Notes: a model not told the origin generated them from the sequence alone. 64,000 nucleotides of DNA from Tubulanus polymorphus (GCF_964204645.1 NC_134027.1:20794560-20858559), one strand, 5' to 3'. Shown: positions 28,801 through 40,332, counted from the stretch's first letter. Translations and numbers: made by a program.

Positions 28801-30620
28801 GTTTTTCATGATAACTGAATAGACCTATGGTAAAGTTTAATATATTTTTGATGCTATTAAGTGTAGCCAGTTGAAAGCCAGGTCGCAATCCCTATAGCTG
28901 TTGATGGTAAATGTATAAAGGATTATCAAAATGGAGAAGTGGCCAATCTTATTACCCTATCCCATAAATATGTACGTCGGTACATACTTTATGAATAACC
29001 CCTATAAAGAATTGGCTCACAAATTGAAATCGAGCTTACCATTCTATTTTATATTCTAATTGATATTCTCTCTCTTCTGATTGGGCCAATTCGTTATAAT
29101 GTTTCAGGAGCTGTTCGCGTAATTTCGACACTTCTGAGTTTGAACTTTCCGGGAAATTATCGGCTTTTTCAAGCTCGGCTTTCTGCCCTTCTAGCTGGTT
29201 CGTGTGACGTTTAGCCTGTTGTAGTAACGATGTTTCATTTTCTCTCGAACTGAAAATTAAAAGATCTACGCGTTATTGGAGGTTCTCAAGAATCATAGAA
29301 TGCAAAAAGCGCCAGTAAAACCATGGACTCTATTCATTTTAGAGTCCATGGTAAAACAAACGTTCATAGGTGTCAATCAGCAGCCTTGACATAGCCATCA
29401 TACTTCTAATTTTATTCAATATTATATAAGCGTTTTTCAAAGACTATTTGTTTCGCTAAAACAGAAAACACGTTTTCAGGTTACAGATTAACTTGACACA
29501 CTACAATGGTGAATGTCTGAGTGGGTGGTTCAAGGCTTCAGATTGATATAATCCAATATGTTCCATCTGGCAACAATGAAACTACCTGGTAATCGAGCAT
29601 CTGGATCATGTAGAAGTCTGGGTTAAGAAATTTTCACTTACTTTTTCAGTGTTTCGTGCAGTTCGGTGTATTTCGCTTTCAGCATAGCCACACGTGTACC
29701 AGTAATTTTACCTTCTTGGAACAACTAGAAACATTTAAAAGTTTGTCATTTGAATATAGGCTTGATACTCCCTTTCTAGAATGGATTGACTAAGCGTTTC
29801 TATACTTGAGAGGATTTGTTCCATACTCGACTGTTCCATTTTAGAATGGACCAATTTAGACCAAGCCAGGTCTGTTGTAAATTTTAGAATGGACAATTTC
29901 TCCGCAAGTGAATAAAGGTGTTATAGAAACTTTTGTTTAAAATTGCCTGTCAATCACAACTAGGCCTCTAGCTGCATGGCACAACATGCGAGAAAAACTT
30001 TTCAGGAGGTTTGGGGTTCCCCCTAGGAAAGTGCTTCTTAAATGCATTTTGAAGGCTCTGTGGCAAGAGCATTTGAGACAATCATTATCAAGCACAAAAT
30101 TTTGAATTTTTACCTAATAGGCCTTTCGTTTCTTAATAGGCTTAGATGAAAATCATTCAATATTTAAGCACAATTCTGATGAAAATCTTAAACATATTTA
30201 TTCGAGATTGCCAAATATTCTTGAACGGATAGGCTTGAATCAGCAAAATTATTTGCCCGACCACCCTCACTCTGTCGGCCCAGGGCAGGAATGGTGATAA
30301 GAGCAGATTCAAACCATGTGTGAATGCATTAATTTGGTCTATTTGATATTGGTGGCGTAGGCCAAATTAGAAAGACTACGAGCAATAGTGTATGGACACG
30401 GCTAATACGTAAGTATATTGCAATGGCCCGTATAGAGCTACATGTCAATTGGTCAAATCAGTGACTCTAAAATGAAACTTACGTCATCTAAACATTGAAA
30501 TGCAGGACTCGCCGAAACCTCCACTTGGCTTTCTTCTTGCAGAACCACTTTAGGAGGTACCGCTGAAATCGCCGGCTCATAATCATCTTCTTTTAAATTT
30601 GTATCTTCTGTGTCACTCAT
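16808..30620 (-). CDS. CCDC146: Coiled-coil domain-containing protein 146 (axonemal/ciliary, MBO2-like), 18 coding exons, ~949 aa
   Basis: Exons were assembled by hand with GT-AG junctions and consistent phase: 30620-30483, 29724-29642, 29249-29040, 28365-28308, 28105-27855, 27146-26919, 26564-26378, 26141-26046, 25475-25350, 24297-24164, 23830-23666, 23159-22935, 21763-21699, 21347-21184, 20296-20168, 18509-18372, 17720-17472, 17011-16808 (2850 nt in total). Diagnostic C-terminus [14 protein letters not shown]...LPIPRPYG...PFKP...MRHIRKP..KPIEI and the motif [13 protein letters not shown]. Confidence 0.93.
17112..17446. repeat. ~39-bp minisatellite in the last CCDC146 intron
   Basis: About 8 units of GATTCAGAAGTATGAGATATCTCATAGTGGCAATGGTAGCA. 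Confidence 0.92.
18750..19572 (+). mobile_element. Helentron/HINE-like non-autonomous element (intronic)
   Basis: Internal ~160-bp duplicated blocks, CAAGATGGC motifs, an (ACGG)n microsatellite at ~19522, a short hairpin GGGACTAAAGTCCC and a GCTAAAAA end. This layout matches invertebrate Helentron-associated elements (inference). Confidence 0.55.
20371..20538. repeat. Tandem duplication of ~84 bp
   Basis: CCCATCAAACGCAAG...GAGTAACCCTTC occurs twice with about 2 mismatches. Confidence 0.9.
22004..22674 (+). mobile_element. ~660-bp non-autonomous element without TIRs, copy 2 (CCDC146 intron)
   Basis: Ends CTAGA|cgtatc... and ...ttcttc|CTGGA; near-identical to copies 1 and 3. Confidence 0.9.
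29322..29350. mobile_element. 29-bp P-element-like micro-MITE
   Basis: TIR CATGGACTCTA / TAGAGTCCATG flanked by an exact 7-bp direct repeat GTAAAAC (29315-29321 and 29351-29357). Confidence 0.7.
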
Positions 30621-31431
30621 TTTGATTTTTGATAGCTTCACTTTTCTGAAATGGGAAATGTAAGAGACCTTTTAGTATCTAACCCATCAGCACTCCGGAA
30701 TTTCACTATGTAGTGTCTATTACTCCTCAGAAAATTCATGGGAAAATCCACATTAAGCCTATATCACAAAATAGAATCGCTCATTCCCAGTTAATTTCCA
30801 TATATCACAAGTTTGTGTTATTGTGCAGGTAGGCCTAATAGTCGAGGCTTTCATATGATAAGATTTGATGACACGATGGGCCACCAAAATCGTGTCCTTT
30901 TGGCTCCCAAAATTTTTCATTCTATAAAGTTCATTATCACATTGTTCTATAAAGTTCATTATGCAAAATCCAACATTTCTGATATATCTAGAAAGATTTC
31001 AGTTGATTGGGTACGGTATATCAAAATTCTGGACTCAATTCTGGACACGTAGGAAAAATTCCAGAAAGTACCAAAAAAATTTCAGTTCATGGGGCCTCAT
31101 ATTCATGGTCTTCATATTTCTGGGTTAGATTAAGAGTCTGCGGTATTAGTATGTGGGTAAAGATTTAGGGTTTATGAGGGTCAGGGTATATGGTTTACAG
31201 GGTTTAGGGCCTAAGAGGACCATGGTGTGCATTACGTATATACCGGGTTTGCGATGCGACATTTCCCTATTTCTTGTCCTGGCAGATGAAATATTTTTCC
31301 GGAAAAATCCAGACCAAAAGTATATCGAAAAAAACTTCAAGAAATGTCCGATGTCGCACCTCAGCCAATAGTCCCAGGCATAGGCCTACATTTAAATGAG
31401 AAAATTCAATTTTTACAATAAGGGTCAGAAG

Positions 31432-32001
31432 GAAGTCAGTAACCTGTCTGTTTTCATGATTGGGTATTTCCAAAGCCCATCCGATTATAAAAGCTTACAA
31501 CCAACTATTAGGTACACTAGGTTAGAAGGTAGATAGTTACCTAATCTTTGGTGGCAAGCTTTTATAATCGGATGGGCTAAGGTGGTTTGTGAAAATATCT
31601 GATTATGAAACTAAACCACAGACAGGTCACAGACTGATGTCTATTTCAACTTGACTTGAGAGCACATCAGGTGGCCTAGCTCGGTCAGTTTTGATGGTAC
31701 ATAACTGATAAAAGTCTTATTCGGACCAGAAAACACTGGAAATTGACCTAAAACATTGATTTTCAATCCATTTTAAACTGTATTGAAGGATATTCAAAAA
31801 GTCTTGAGAGGGTTTGAAAAGAGAAAATTGACTCCATAATTAAAAAGTTTAACAATATGTTTCCATCCATGCCTACCATTCTAAGTTTGGTATTGGTAGG
31901 CCTAGAGTTTCAAATGGATTAAAAAATGATGATTTAGGTCCACTGCCAGTCCTTTCTGGTCCTAATAAGACCTTTATCTACTACCAAAAATGAGCGAGCT
32001 A
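31432..32001. repeat. Two adjacent long imperfect inverted repeats (foldback/MITE relics) in CCDC146 intron 1
   Basis: AGCCCATCCGATTATAAAAGCTT (~31474-31496) is inverted at ~31557-31579, with outer arms. A second pair lies at ~31677-31775 versus ~31912-32001. Confidence 0.75.
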
Positions 32002-32200
32002 TATTCACAGAATTGATTATTAACAAAATTACGGACCAAAACATTGCACGGACTGACATATGATGAGTTAGTCAGTAACCTCACTCAATTACTTCGTTTG
32101 TTTGAGCCAGCTCGATACGGTTGAATCGAAGCCGACGTCGGAGGAGAAGCAACCTATAAACCCACTTACAATTAGGACTAAGGCGAAACAATTTACTTAC

Positions 32201-32290
32201 CACCCTTTAGAATAATTTCAACATAACTTCCAATAGACCTAAATTCCTTTTTTCGCTGTTTTTATGATGTAGATGTTCCTTCTAAGTGAG
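32201..32290 (-). other. CCDC146: Probable non-coding first exon of CCDC146
   Basis: Strong GTAAGT donor on the minus strand at 32200-32195, just downstream of the X-box. The next exon has an acceptor at 30646-30647 upstream of the ATG. The 5' boundary is uncertain. Confidence 0.5.
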
Positions 32291-32301
32291 TTCATCGAGA
32301 C

Positions 32302-32315
32302 GTAGCCATGACAAC
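32302..32315. promoter_or_regulatory. RFX X-box, ciliary-gene promoter element
   Basis: GTAGCCATGACAAC closely matches the X-box consensus GTTGCCATGGCAAC and sits at the presumptive CCDC146 transcription start. Confidence 0.7.
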
Positions 32316-32479
32316 TTGTATACAGTCGTACTATTTACCAATATAAAATGATTCAACTGTAATTTAAGTCAACTTCCCGCAATGCGGTGCTCAACTCAGT
32401 GTTGCAAGGATTAGGTTCATGATTAGATTAGAAACCTAGAAACATAACCACGAGGAACACCCCGAATGCAGTTGCGCCA

Positions 32480-32950
32480 AATAATATATTCCTTCGTTTT
32501 AAAGCGATTTTCCAATGGAAAATTAGAATTTCATTTGAATTGATTTTGTATGAGCTTGGGTAAAACACGTACGGCGGCTTCGGGTGCAGGATATGATTGA
32601 TGTCAGACAAGAGGCGACGCTAAAAACTATTGCTGACACTTAAATAGATTAGTATTAGATAATCACAGACGCTTTGATGCTTTAGATGAAAAAATAGATG
32701 ACGTCAAAAAGACAATCAAAATTGAGGTGGATGCAGCAGTAACCGAAGTAGTGAACAAGGAACTTACAGAATTCAACAAAAGAGACCAGAAGATGAAAGA
32801 TTTGGACTCGAATGGACAGCAAACTGAAGGATGTTAAAGACAAACTTGAAAATGAGAAAAGAGAATTAAATTTGGTGATACATTAGGTCGAGGAATCATT
32901 GAAGGATGAGTTTAAGGATAGATTAGTTGATGATAGTAACGAAGTTAGAC
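32480..32950 (+). pseudogene. CR1-type LINE ORF1, N-terminal part (degraded)
   Basis: Hand translation gives the coiled coil DNHRRFDALDEKIDDVKKTIKIEVDAAVTEVVNKE, then after a frameshift ENEKRELNLVIH*VEESLKDEFKDRLVDDSNEVR. It continues in frame at 39264 once the intervening insert is removed. Confidence 0.75.
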
Positions 32951-33339
32951 ATTATGAGAATGCCGGTTTGCTAGCGTATCTATTTAACACCCGTATTGCT
33001 CGGGTGACTTTTACTACCAACGGGTGGCGCTGTGTGTAAATTTCACATAAATCAACGACTTTCGGCTATTAGCGGTACATAAGACCACTTGAAAACATCA
33101 TAGTCAATTACGGTAGTAGTGAAAATAAAAAGTTACAGTTCGGTGTACAGCACCATAGCACCCATATAATACCACATACATTTCATTCAGACTAAGGACT
33201 TAGTTAACATTGATCTTCATTTCCATTAATTAATGATCTGTTGAATTAATTAGTAATTCAGTCTTTCGGTGGTTCGAGATAAAATGCCCGCAAAATAAGA
33301 ACTAACGAACCAGGGCTGACCACAAATTGCCCAACAGAT

Positions 33340-33945
33340 AAATTTTCCGAAACGACACAATAATGTTTAGTATCAAATAACTCGTGGCGTGGACCTTGGT
33401 CTATCAACTGACCAATGCATGACCAGTACTGGCTATATAGTAAATTATCTGTTTTGCAAACAATTAAGTTATTTGGTGTCAAATAACTAGATATAATGTG
33501 GACATTAAACTAAAAATTGTTTAACTGACCAATGCTTGACCAGTACTGACCAGTTACCACTAACTAGAACCCACCATATGTAATTTATATGTTTAGTAAA
33601 GCAATAAAATCGCGTTTGGGCGTCGAGCTACTAGATACGGTGCGGGCTATGATCTAACAACTATTTAACTGACCAATATTTTACCAATACTGACCTTTGT
33701 AAAGTAATTTGTTTATTCTAGAAGCAACACAGTCGTGTTTGGTGTCTAATAATTAGAAATGGTGTGGGCTTTCATCTAACAACTATTCAAGTGACCAAAT
33801 ATTGACCAATACTGACCACATAGCTATATTTATCTGTTTCGGACACAACTTAGTCGTGTCTCGTATCAAATAATTTCATTCGGTCTGAACGTAAATATAA
33901 CAACTATTTTACCTGTACAAGCTACACCAGTACTGTCTAATTACC
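33340..33945. repeat. Degenerate ~120-bp tandem array (ACTGACCAAT...TGACCA core)
   Basis: About 5 units seen; related in inverted orientation to the array at 38310-38830. Confidence 0.7.
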
Positions 33946-36186
33946 GGTTAAATGTTTTTAGAAATAACACGGGGTATTGCCTGAATCCTTCGTCAGTACT
34001 ACTCTTATTAAATGTGTCGTTTTAAAAGTCTTGTCCAATTTTTATTGTAGGAAGCGAGCTAACTTTGAAATTTCCCACTAAATGCAAAAGATTTTCACAT
34101 CGGGTTTTGAACGAACAACGTTTCGATTTGTAATTGTAACGTGCGCATTTTAGCCTGTAACGTGCACATTTCACTAGTGTAAACGTGCGTATCGGTACCA
34201 TTATGCGAAACTTGTCAAACTTTTGCGTTCAAGACGTTTAAACTGAACACTAAAGGAGATATTATATCATATCATATCATATCATATATATGAATAATGA
34301 ATAGATGGAAGATAATGTAGTAGTTTTGAATGTTTCGTAACTGCTGTCCACTGACCGCAGATCATCAAAGTTAATCGCCTCATATGAAATATATATTCGT
34401 TATAAGGGATGTAGTAGTTCAGTGAGAATTCAAACTTATGGGTAATTTTAAGTGATCACAACGCTGACCAATAGAGAAAGCTGTATCACAACAAAAGTGC
34501 GACTTACGTATCTTATTGAAACATTGTAAAATACCGGAGAGTAAATGGGAGAACCCTGAATTCGAAACAATTCCACACTCGGATCGTTTACTTCGAAAAC
34601 ACAATTTGCAATTTGTGGACATCCATTATTTCTGCACCAAAAGCATGAAGTATATTATCTTTGCTCGTAAAAATTTGAAATTTTGAGGAAGATTTTTGGC
34701 CTCGTTAACCTGTGAACACGTCCTTCATATATTTTCTAAGACCGATCTTGATATAATGCTGAGAGTTTAAAGAAAATTATGGTAGGATGTAAACTTAGGC
34801 TGCTTCGTATCCGTGGAGGGTTGCTAATTATTGATCTTATACACAATAATCACAAGTACGTAACACGAGACTCCATAGAATATCGTTTTTCAATCATACG
34901 TACACAAATTATTGCGATATAAAGATAAATAGTACTTTAATATACTTTTTACTTCTTATACTGAATATTTCTTTAGTAGTATTAATAAAGAGTGGATCAG
35001 CAGGCTACCTGAGCCCATTCCACGATTTGAGGTCAGTTGCCAAAAGTTAGTAAGTTTACATACCAGTGGATAGTTATCATTTAAAATGACAATTAAAACT
35101 TCATTGCTAAAAATAACTTTGTATTCGTAGAATAGTCACACTCAAATGCGGAGAATTGATAATACCATAATACGATACGAAAATTCACTGTGTACAAATT
35201 CAAAAAGATGATCTCTAGTGAACGATCGAACGTTGTGTCGTTATTTTCTAATGATAAAACTTGGCTTGTGATTTGAAATGTGTACATATTGGATCTTTTT
35301 CATATTAACAGTGTATTTGGTCATGTATCATATTGTATAATGGTTAATTTAAACTAACTGGTTTTAGAGTTGTATCCTTTAATCCTGTAATAGAGGATGC
35401 AATCTTTTTGCGGCAAACAGTACAAATAGCTAGAAAAAGCAACGATAGTGCATTGGTAAACTTAAAGCAAGCGTACATTGGTTGTTTAGGTTTTTCGTTG
35501 GGAAAATTAATGTTTAATCATTATTGAAATATCCGAGGCGAGCTTTTCCAGGAATTTACAAAGTTGAGCTTTACACAAGGAATTTTTTTGTAGTCCGATA
35601 TCAGTGATTACCTCTGGCTTGGAGAGATACAATCTAAAACCAACCGTCGAGTCAAATATTTTACCACAATTTTCTATGATTAGTAAAAAGATTAAGTAAT
35701 AGACATAGGCATGCAAACAGTAATATCTGAAGTCCACTCCATTTCAAACTCATTCATCTTTACACAAACTCCAACTTGTTGAACAGTTCAAAATCGCGTG
35801 GCTTGAATTATTACGATAGCTAAAATCAGGGACCACGATACTTGCTCATCTACACTGGCTTCCAATTTAACAAAGGATTGAATTTGAGTGTTTGATGTTG
35901 TAACAATAGGCCTACCATACTGAATTATGGATTCGGTTTCTACTTTTTGATTGAACATTTATATCACATATTGGGTCATTTCATTTTTACCAGTATAGGC
36001 CAAATTGGAAGAACCTATCCGTATATCATGTTTAATTTTATATAATCTGACTTTTGAGATGTCATTCAATCAATGCATTCATATGCGGTCGTCGCTTTCA
36101 ATAGCCACCACGGACTGACTCCTTAGCGATACCTTGGCGGACGATCCCACACGTTTCTTGCTCCAGCCCTAGAATTCTCAATTATA

Positions 36187-36551
36187 AGGCGCTTTTACGA
36201 AATTGAATCTGATTCGGTTTAGCTAAATCCGATTCGATGATGAGTCGAATCAATTTATCAATCTAAAGGTCGCGATTCGAAAGAAAATGGGCGTCAATGG
36301 TGACCGAATTATTGATAGATGATGGTCTGCAATAGATGTCTTTAGCCCGCGGTCGAAGAGGACGCCATGTTGGATTTCACTGACTAAATCGCCACTAACT
36401 TGCTCGCCGAGCAAGTTAGTCGATTTAATAAATCAATTTACTAAACCGCGTCCATAAACGAGTTGATTTACCAAATCGGATTCACTAAACCGCAAGCCGT
36501 AAACGTGAAACTTAAATCGATTTACAAAGATTCAGTTTCGTAAAAGCGCCT
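36187..36551. mobile_element. Tourist/Harbinger-like MITE nested in the 6.3-kb element
   Basis: 23-bp TIR AGGCGCTTTTACGAAATTGAATC / GATTCAGTTTCGTAAAAGCGCCT with 1 mismatch, in TA-rich flanks. Confidence 0.75.
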
Positions 36552-38309
36552 ATAGTCGTCATGAACACCCGATTTGAATTCAAATTAAAAAAACTCCTAA
36601 AAACGCACCTGTTTACTCGATTACTGTAAAGCGCCTTTGAGCATTTATATGCAAGAATCAGTGAAATTGGCGCTTTATCAGTTGTATTCATCATTCAAAC
36701 CATTATTCTCCTTATCCTATGAATTTGGAGACCCATCCTCGCATGAGAATGAATATAATGTGATTTCAATTAAAGATGACACATGGCCTCATATCATTAC
36801 GTTATGTTTTTTAACGGGTGGGCGAGATTATATTCTTATGTTTTTGTTTCTCTGAATGTCGCTATTTAAGAGTTCAATAATAATTTCAGTCAACCAAACA
36901 AAGGATTTTTCTGTATGTTTCGTGTCCTGTTTTCCATAACCCTAGGACTGCATTTTAGGTATTTTTCGTGGATGACCGAACGCTGCTGTCCCTTTCTAGT
37001 AATTTGATGATATCTGTCGAAATCTAAATTTTAAAAAGGAATCAGGCATATCTCCTTGTTTGACTAAGTAAGAACTCAACTTTAAGGGACACTCCCTTAA
37101 AGGCGCCGAAGTAAAATCATGTGTCGAGTGGAGATGATATTGTGTCAGAATTTCTTCAAAAGCGGAGAAAATTGAATATTTTGAAAATAATGATTTCGCA
37201 TGTATGTTTGAATCCGTTATAACTGGAGCAATTTTCATAAAAACATATCTATGGAATCAACGAAATGTAATTAAGAAGAATACTATGTTTAAGATGTTAT
37301 TAAAGGCATTTGAAAAAAGTTTTCTGATTTCGTCAACTGTGAAACTAGTGTCAACCAGATGTGTTCCCATTAAACGAACCGACTGCGAGCCGAGTCGATG
37401 TGAGATGTGACCTACACTGAAAATCTCAAGCGCTACCACTGGTTTTTAGGTGCTTCTGAATGTCGGCCGTTAAAAAACTAAACAATTGCCATTTGGAAAG
37501 GGCCTAGTTAGAGAAAATGCTAGATGTGTATATTGTGTGATATTTCATGTGCGTTTGGAATTTAACCTTGTTTATAACGAAACACACATGTTCTTTTCTA
37601 TTTTAGAAGAGCGCATTATAGTGCAATAAAGAACTGACAATGAAAAAGGGGTAACAGGTGACTGATATCACACCGAATTTCAATTCCTATGAACACTTTT
37701 CATATAGTGAATTCTGTACAAGAGTTAAAAAAAACTTGAAATATTAACGAAACAGTTTTTTGACGGACAAATCGTTACCATCGAATTTTCAAAACTTTTT
37801 TAATGCCTTGGTGACCACTGGTCTAGTACGCGGTTTTCTGAAACAAAAGTGGCCAAGTTTAAAGAACGACAAATGATCACAAATATTAGGAGCCTAATGC
37901 GTTTAATGATTTAATTAATTGGCATCGCGCTGATTGGTTGAAAGACGGTTGTTAGTCATCTTGCCTGTGATTTAATTGTTTTTTTTAAGCATCGATTAAC
38001 CATAGATTTAATCTTATCATAACTTATTTGCAGGTGCTTCTCGCAAACATTTTCTATTCGTTTTCAAACGCAGTACTGTTCAGATGATTCGCGTCAAGCT
38101 TTGAGTCAAGTAGTAAAAAGGTTTATGTATTAGCATTACTATGCAGTCAAAATTACGCGCTGCGGCAAGTGAGGTGCTGTGATCCAGATGTGTAACCTAT
38201 TTAGGAGTAATATATTTCCATAATGTCAACGCCATTCAGAAACAGTAGCAAAACATGCTGCTGGTCTCTAGAAATAACAATACGACGACAACCACTTTCG
38301 AATTCGACG

Positions 38310-38830
38310 ATATTCGAGAAGTTTCACTTGGGCAGTGGTGGTCAGTGATGGTCAATTTATGAATTCTCTAGGGGAATGCTTTCTAGTTTCACACCAAATG
38401 CAGTACCGGTATATCTTTCTTACATTCGAGAAGTTTCAATTGGTCAGTGGTGGTCAGTGATGGTCAATTCATGAATTTTCAATGGCGAATCCTTTCTAGT
38501 TTGACACCATAACGCGGTATATCGTTCTCATATTCGAGAAGTTTGAATTGGTCAGTGGTGGTCAGTGATGGTCAATTTATGAATTCTCAATATTTATGGC
38601 GAATCCTTTCTAGTTTGACACCATAACGCGGTATATCGTTCTCATATTCGAAAAGTTTGAATTGGTCAGTGGTGGTCAGTGATGGTCAATTTATGAATTT
38701 GCAATGATGATACCTGGGTAGTTTGAAAACAAACATGACTTGATAAATTTCCGAAATTCGCAGTCAGGTGTTCAGACTCGGGAATATCTCAATTGGTCAG
38801 TTTCTGACCATCATGGTGTCACCATGTGGT
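38310..38830. repeat. ~110-120-bp tandem array (TTCGAGAAGTTT...TGGTCAGTGGTGGTCAGTGATGGTCAATT)
   Basis: 4-5 units seen directly. Confidence 0.88.
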
Positions 38831-39261
38831 CTATAGCTCAAATGAAACACGTGGGACCGACGAAAGGGCCCAAAAGCGTAAGTCATTTCCTGAGTGATGT
38901 GATCCAAAAATGCCCTAACTGGAAAAGGCAGTCTTTCAATTGGACGAAACCAAATCGGACAGAACAATTAAAATTTGGGAAGGCCACAGGCAGTGGTGTT
39001 TCTACGAAGCCCACGCGGTAGGCCTATACTTTGAGCGTATCATTATGAAATCTTTTTTTAAACCACCATGTAGGCCTACCACATTAAGTAATAAGCATCG
39101 TTGTAAGCACTTGAAACACCCATTAGCCACTTGAAACTGTCAGATCAAACATCATACCGCATCCCCGCAAAGAGGGGTAGTTCAGCAAACCGGAGCTTTC
39201 ATTTGCCTATCTAGACTACCCCGCCAGTACGGGTAGCCGAGCAAACCGGAAAACTCATAAT

Positions 39262-40332
39262 GACGTCTGTTCAAGTTACTGGGTTTTAGAATACAGGACA
39301 AAAATCCATATCCAGATATAAATGTCGAACCAGTTTACCCAAATACTTTGAAAATTCGACAAATATTCCGATTACGTTCTTCGTCGACACAACAAAAGAC
39401 AAGACCTATTAAAGTTTTGTTCTGGTCGAAGGAAGATCCAGGAAGAAAGACATTCTAAATATTTGGATGGATATATGAAAGCTGTGGGTACTGGAGTGTG
39501 TAATGGGTAGTGTAGTGTGATCTGTGTGCATTTGTTGCCAGCACACAGATCACATTGTTCATTGGGGTTTGGTCCAGGACTCGCCAGATTTTCAACAACA
39601 CGGAAGTAACGTGTAATAAATGATGACTTGAATTGCATGACTACCTACCACCCCTCATTACTGTTGGAAAACTAAACGTTCGGCACTGACTAAAAATTAG
39701 TAATAACATTTTAGAAATGGCCAGAATTTTAACTTAGGTTCTATCTCATTTTTATTTTACAATTGCGATTGGTATATTTTTTTTTAACGGCCGTTAAGGC
39801 TTCATGTTTCGTCTGCAATTCACTGCAAATAGTTACGCAACTACGCACATTTCAGTGTTTTTGGCAGCTGTACACTCAATCGGCACCGTTCGTGACTAGC
39901 TTCACTGCGGAATTATCATTAATTAACATCGCCATATCACATCATCAACTTATATTGTGCCTTAAAACCCTAACAGCCGAAATAATTGAAATGCACACAC
40001 GATTTCTATCATTGAAAATTGAGAGAGTGGCCACGTTTGTGTTTGCTGCTTCGCGTAAATCCCGCGCGGTGGCGGAACCGCGCGGAGTGGGGCCGATACG
40101 TCCAGTAAAAGTGTTAAGCAAAATTAGCGAAAGGAGAAGTGTAAATGAGACAGATAAAACGATACTGGAACAATTACATATTACAGCTGATAGATCGAAG
40201 AAAGACAGAGAACAATATAAGATGCTAAGACAAGAACTGCAACGCAGGGAAGATACTGGCGAAAATGACCTTATTATACGGAACAACAAAATTGTCAAGA
40301 GGCAGCCCTTTCGATCTGATGCCCGTAGATAA
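39262..40332 (+). pseudogene. CR1-type LINE ORF1, C-terminal part, interrupted by the 660-bp element
   Basis: RLFKLLGF...IRQIFRLR...TRPIKVLFWSKEDP | VKVLS...HITADRSKKDREQYKMLRQELQRREDTGENDLIIRNNKIV...PFR, a typical invertebrate CR1 ORF1 C-terminus. Confidence 0.8.
39437..40105 (-). mobile_element. ~660-bp non-autonomous element without TIRs, copy 3 (inverted, inside LINE ORF1)
   Basis: Reverse complement of copies 1 and 2. Bounded by TCCAG at 39437-41 and 40101-05. Perfect hairpin CCGCGCGGT-ggcgga-ACCGCGCGG at 40062-40085. Confidence 0.9.

Larger units (their letters stand above)
32951..39261. mobile_element. 6.3-kb TIR DNA element inserted into LINE ORF1
   Basis: The left end ATTATGAGAATGCCGGTTTGCT matches the reverse complement of the right end ATTATGAGTTTTCCGGTTTGCT. 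GAC flanks both sides (32948-50, 39262-64). Removing the insert restores GTT AGA CGT CTG (V R R L). Confidence 0.75.

Noticed and set aside
38310-38830. CRISPR-like array
   Set aside because: The inter-core sequences are themselves homologous, so this is a tandem subterminal repeat.
39763-40332. 189-aa ORF as a novel gene
   Set aside because: It is a chance chimera of the non-coding 660-bp element and the LINE ORF1 C-terminus; the other copies do not keep the same ORF.
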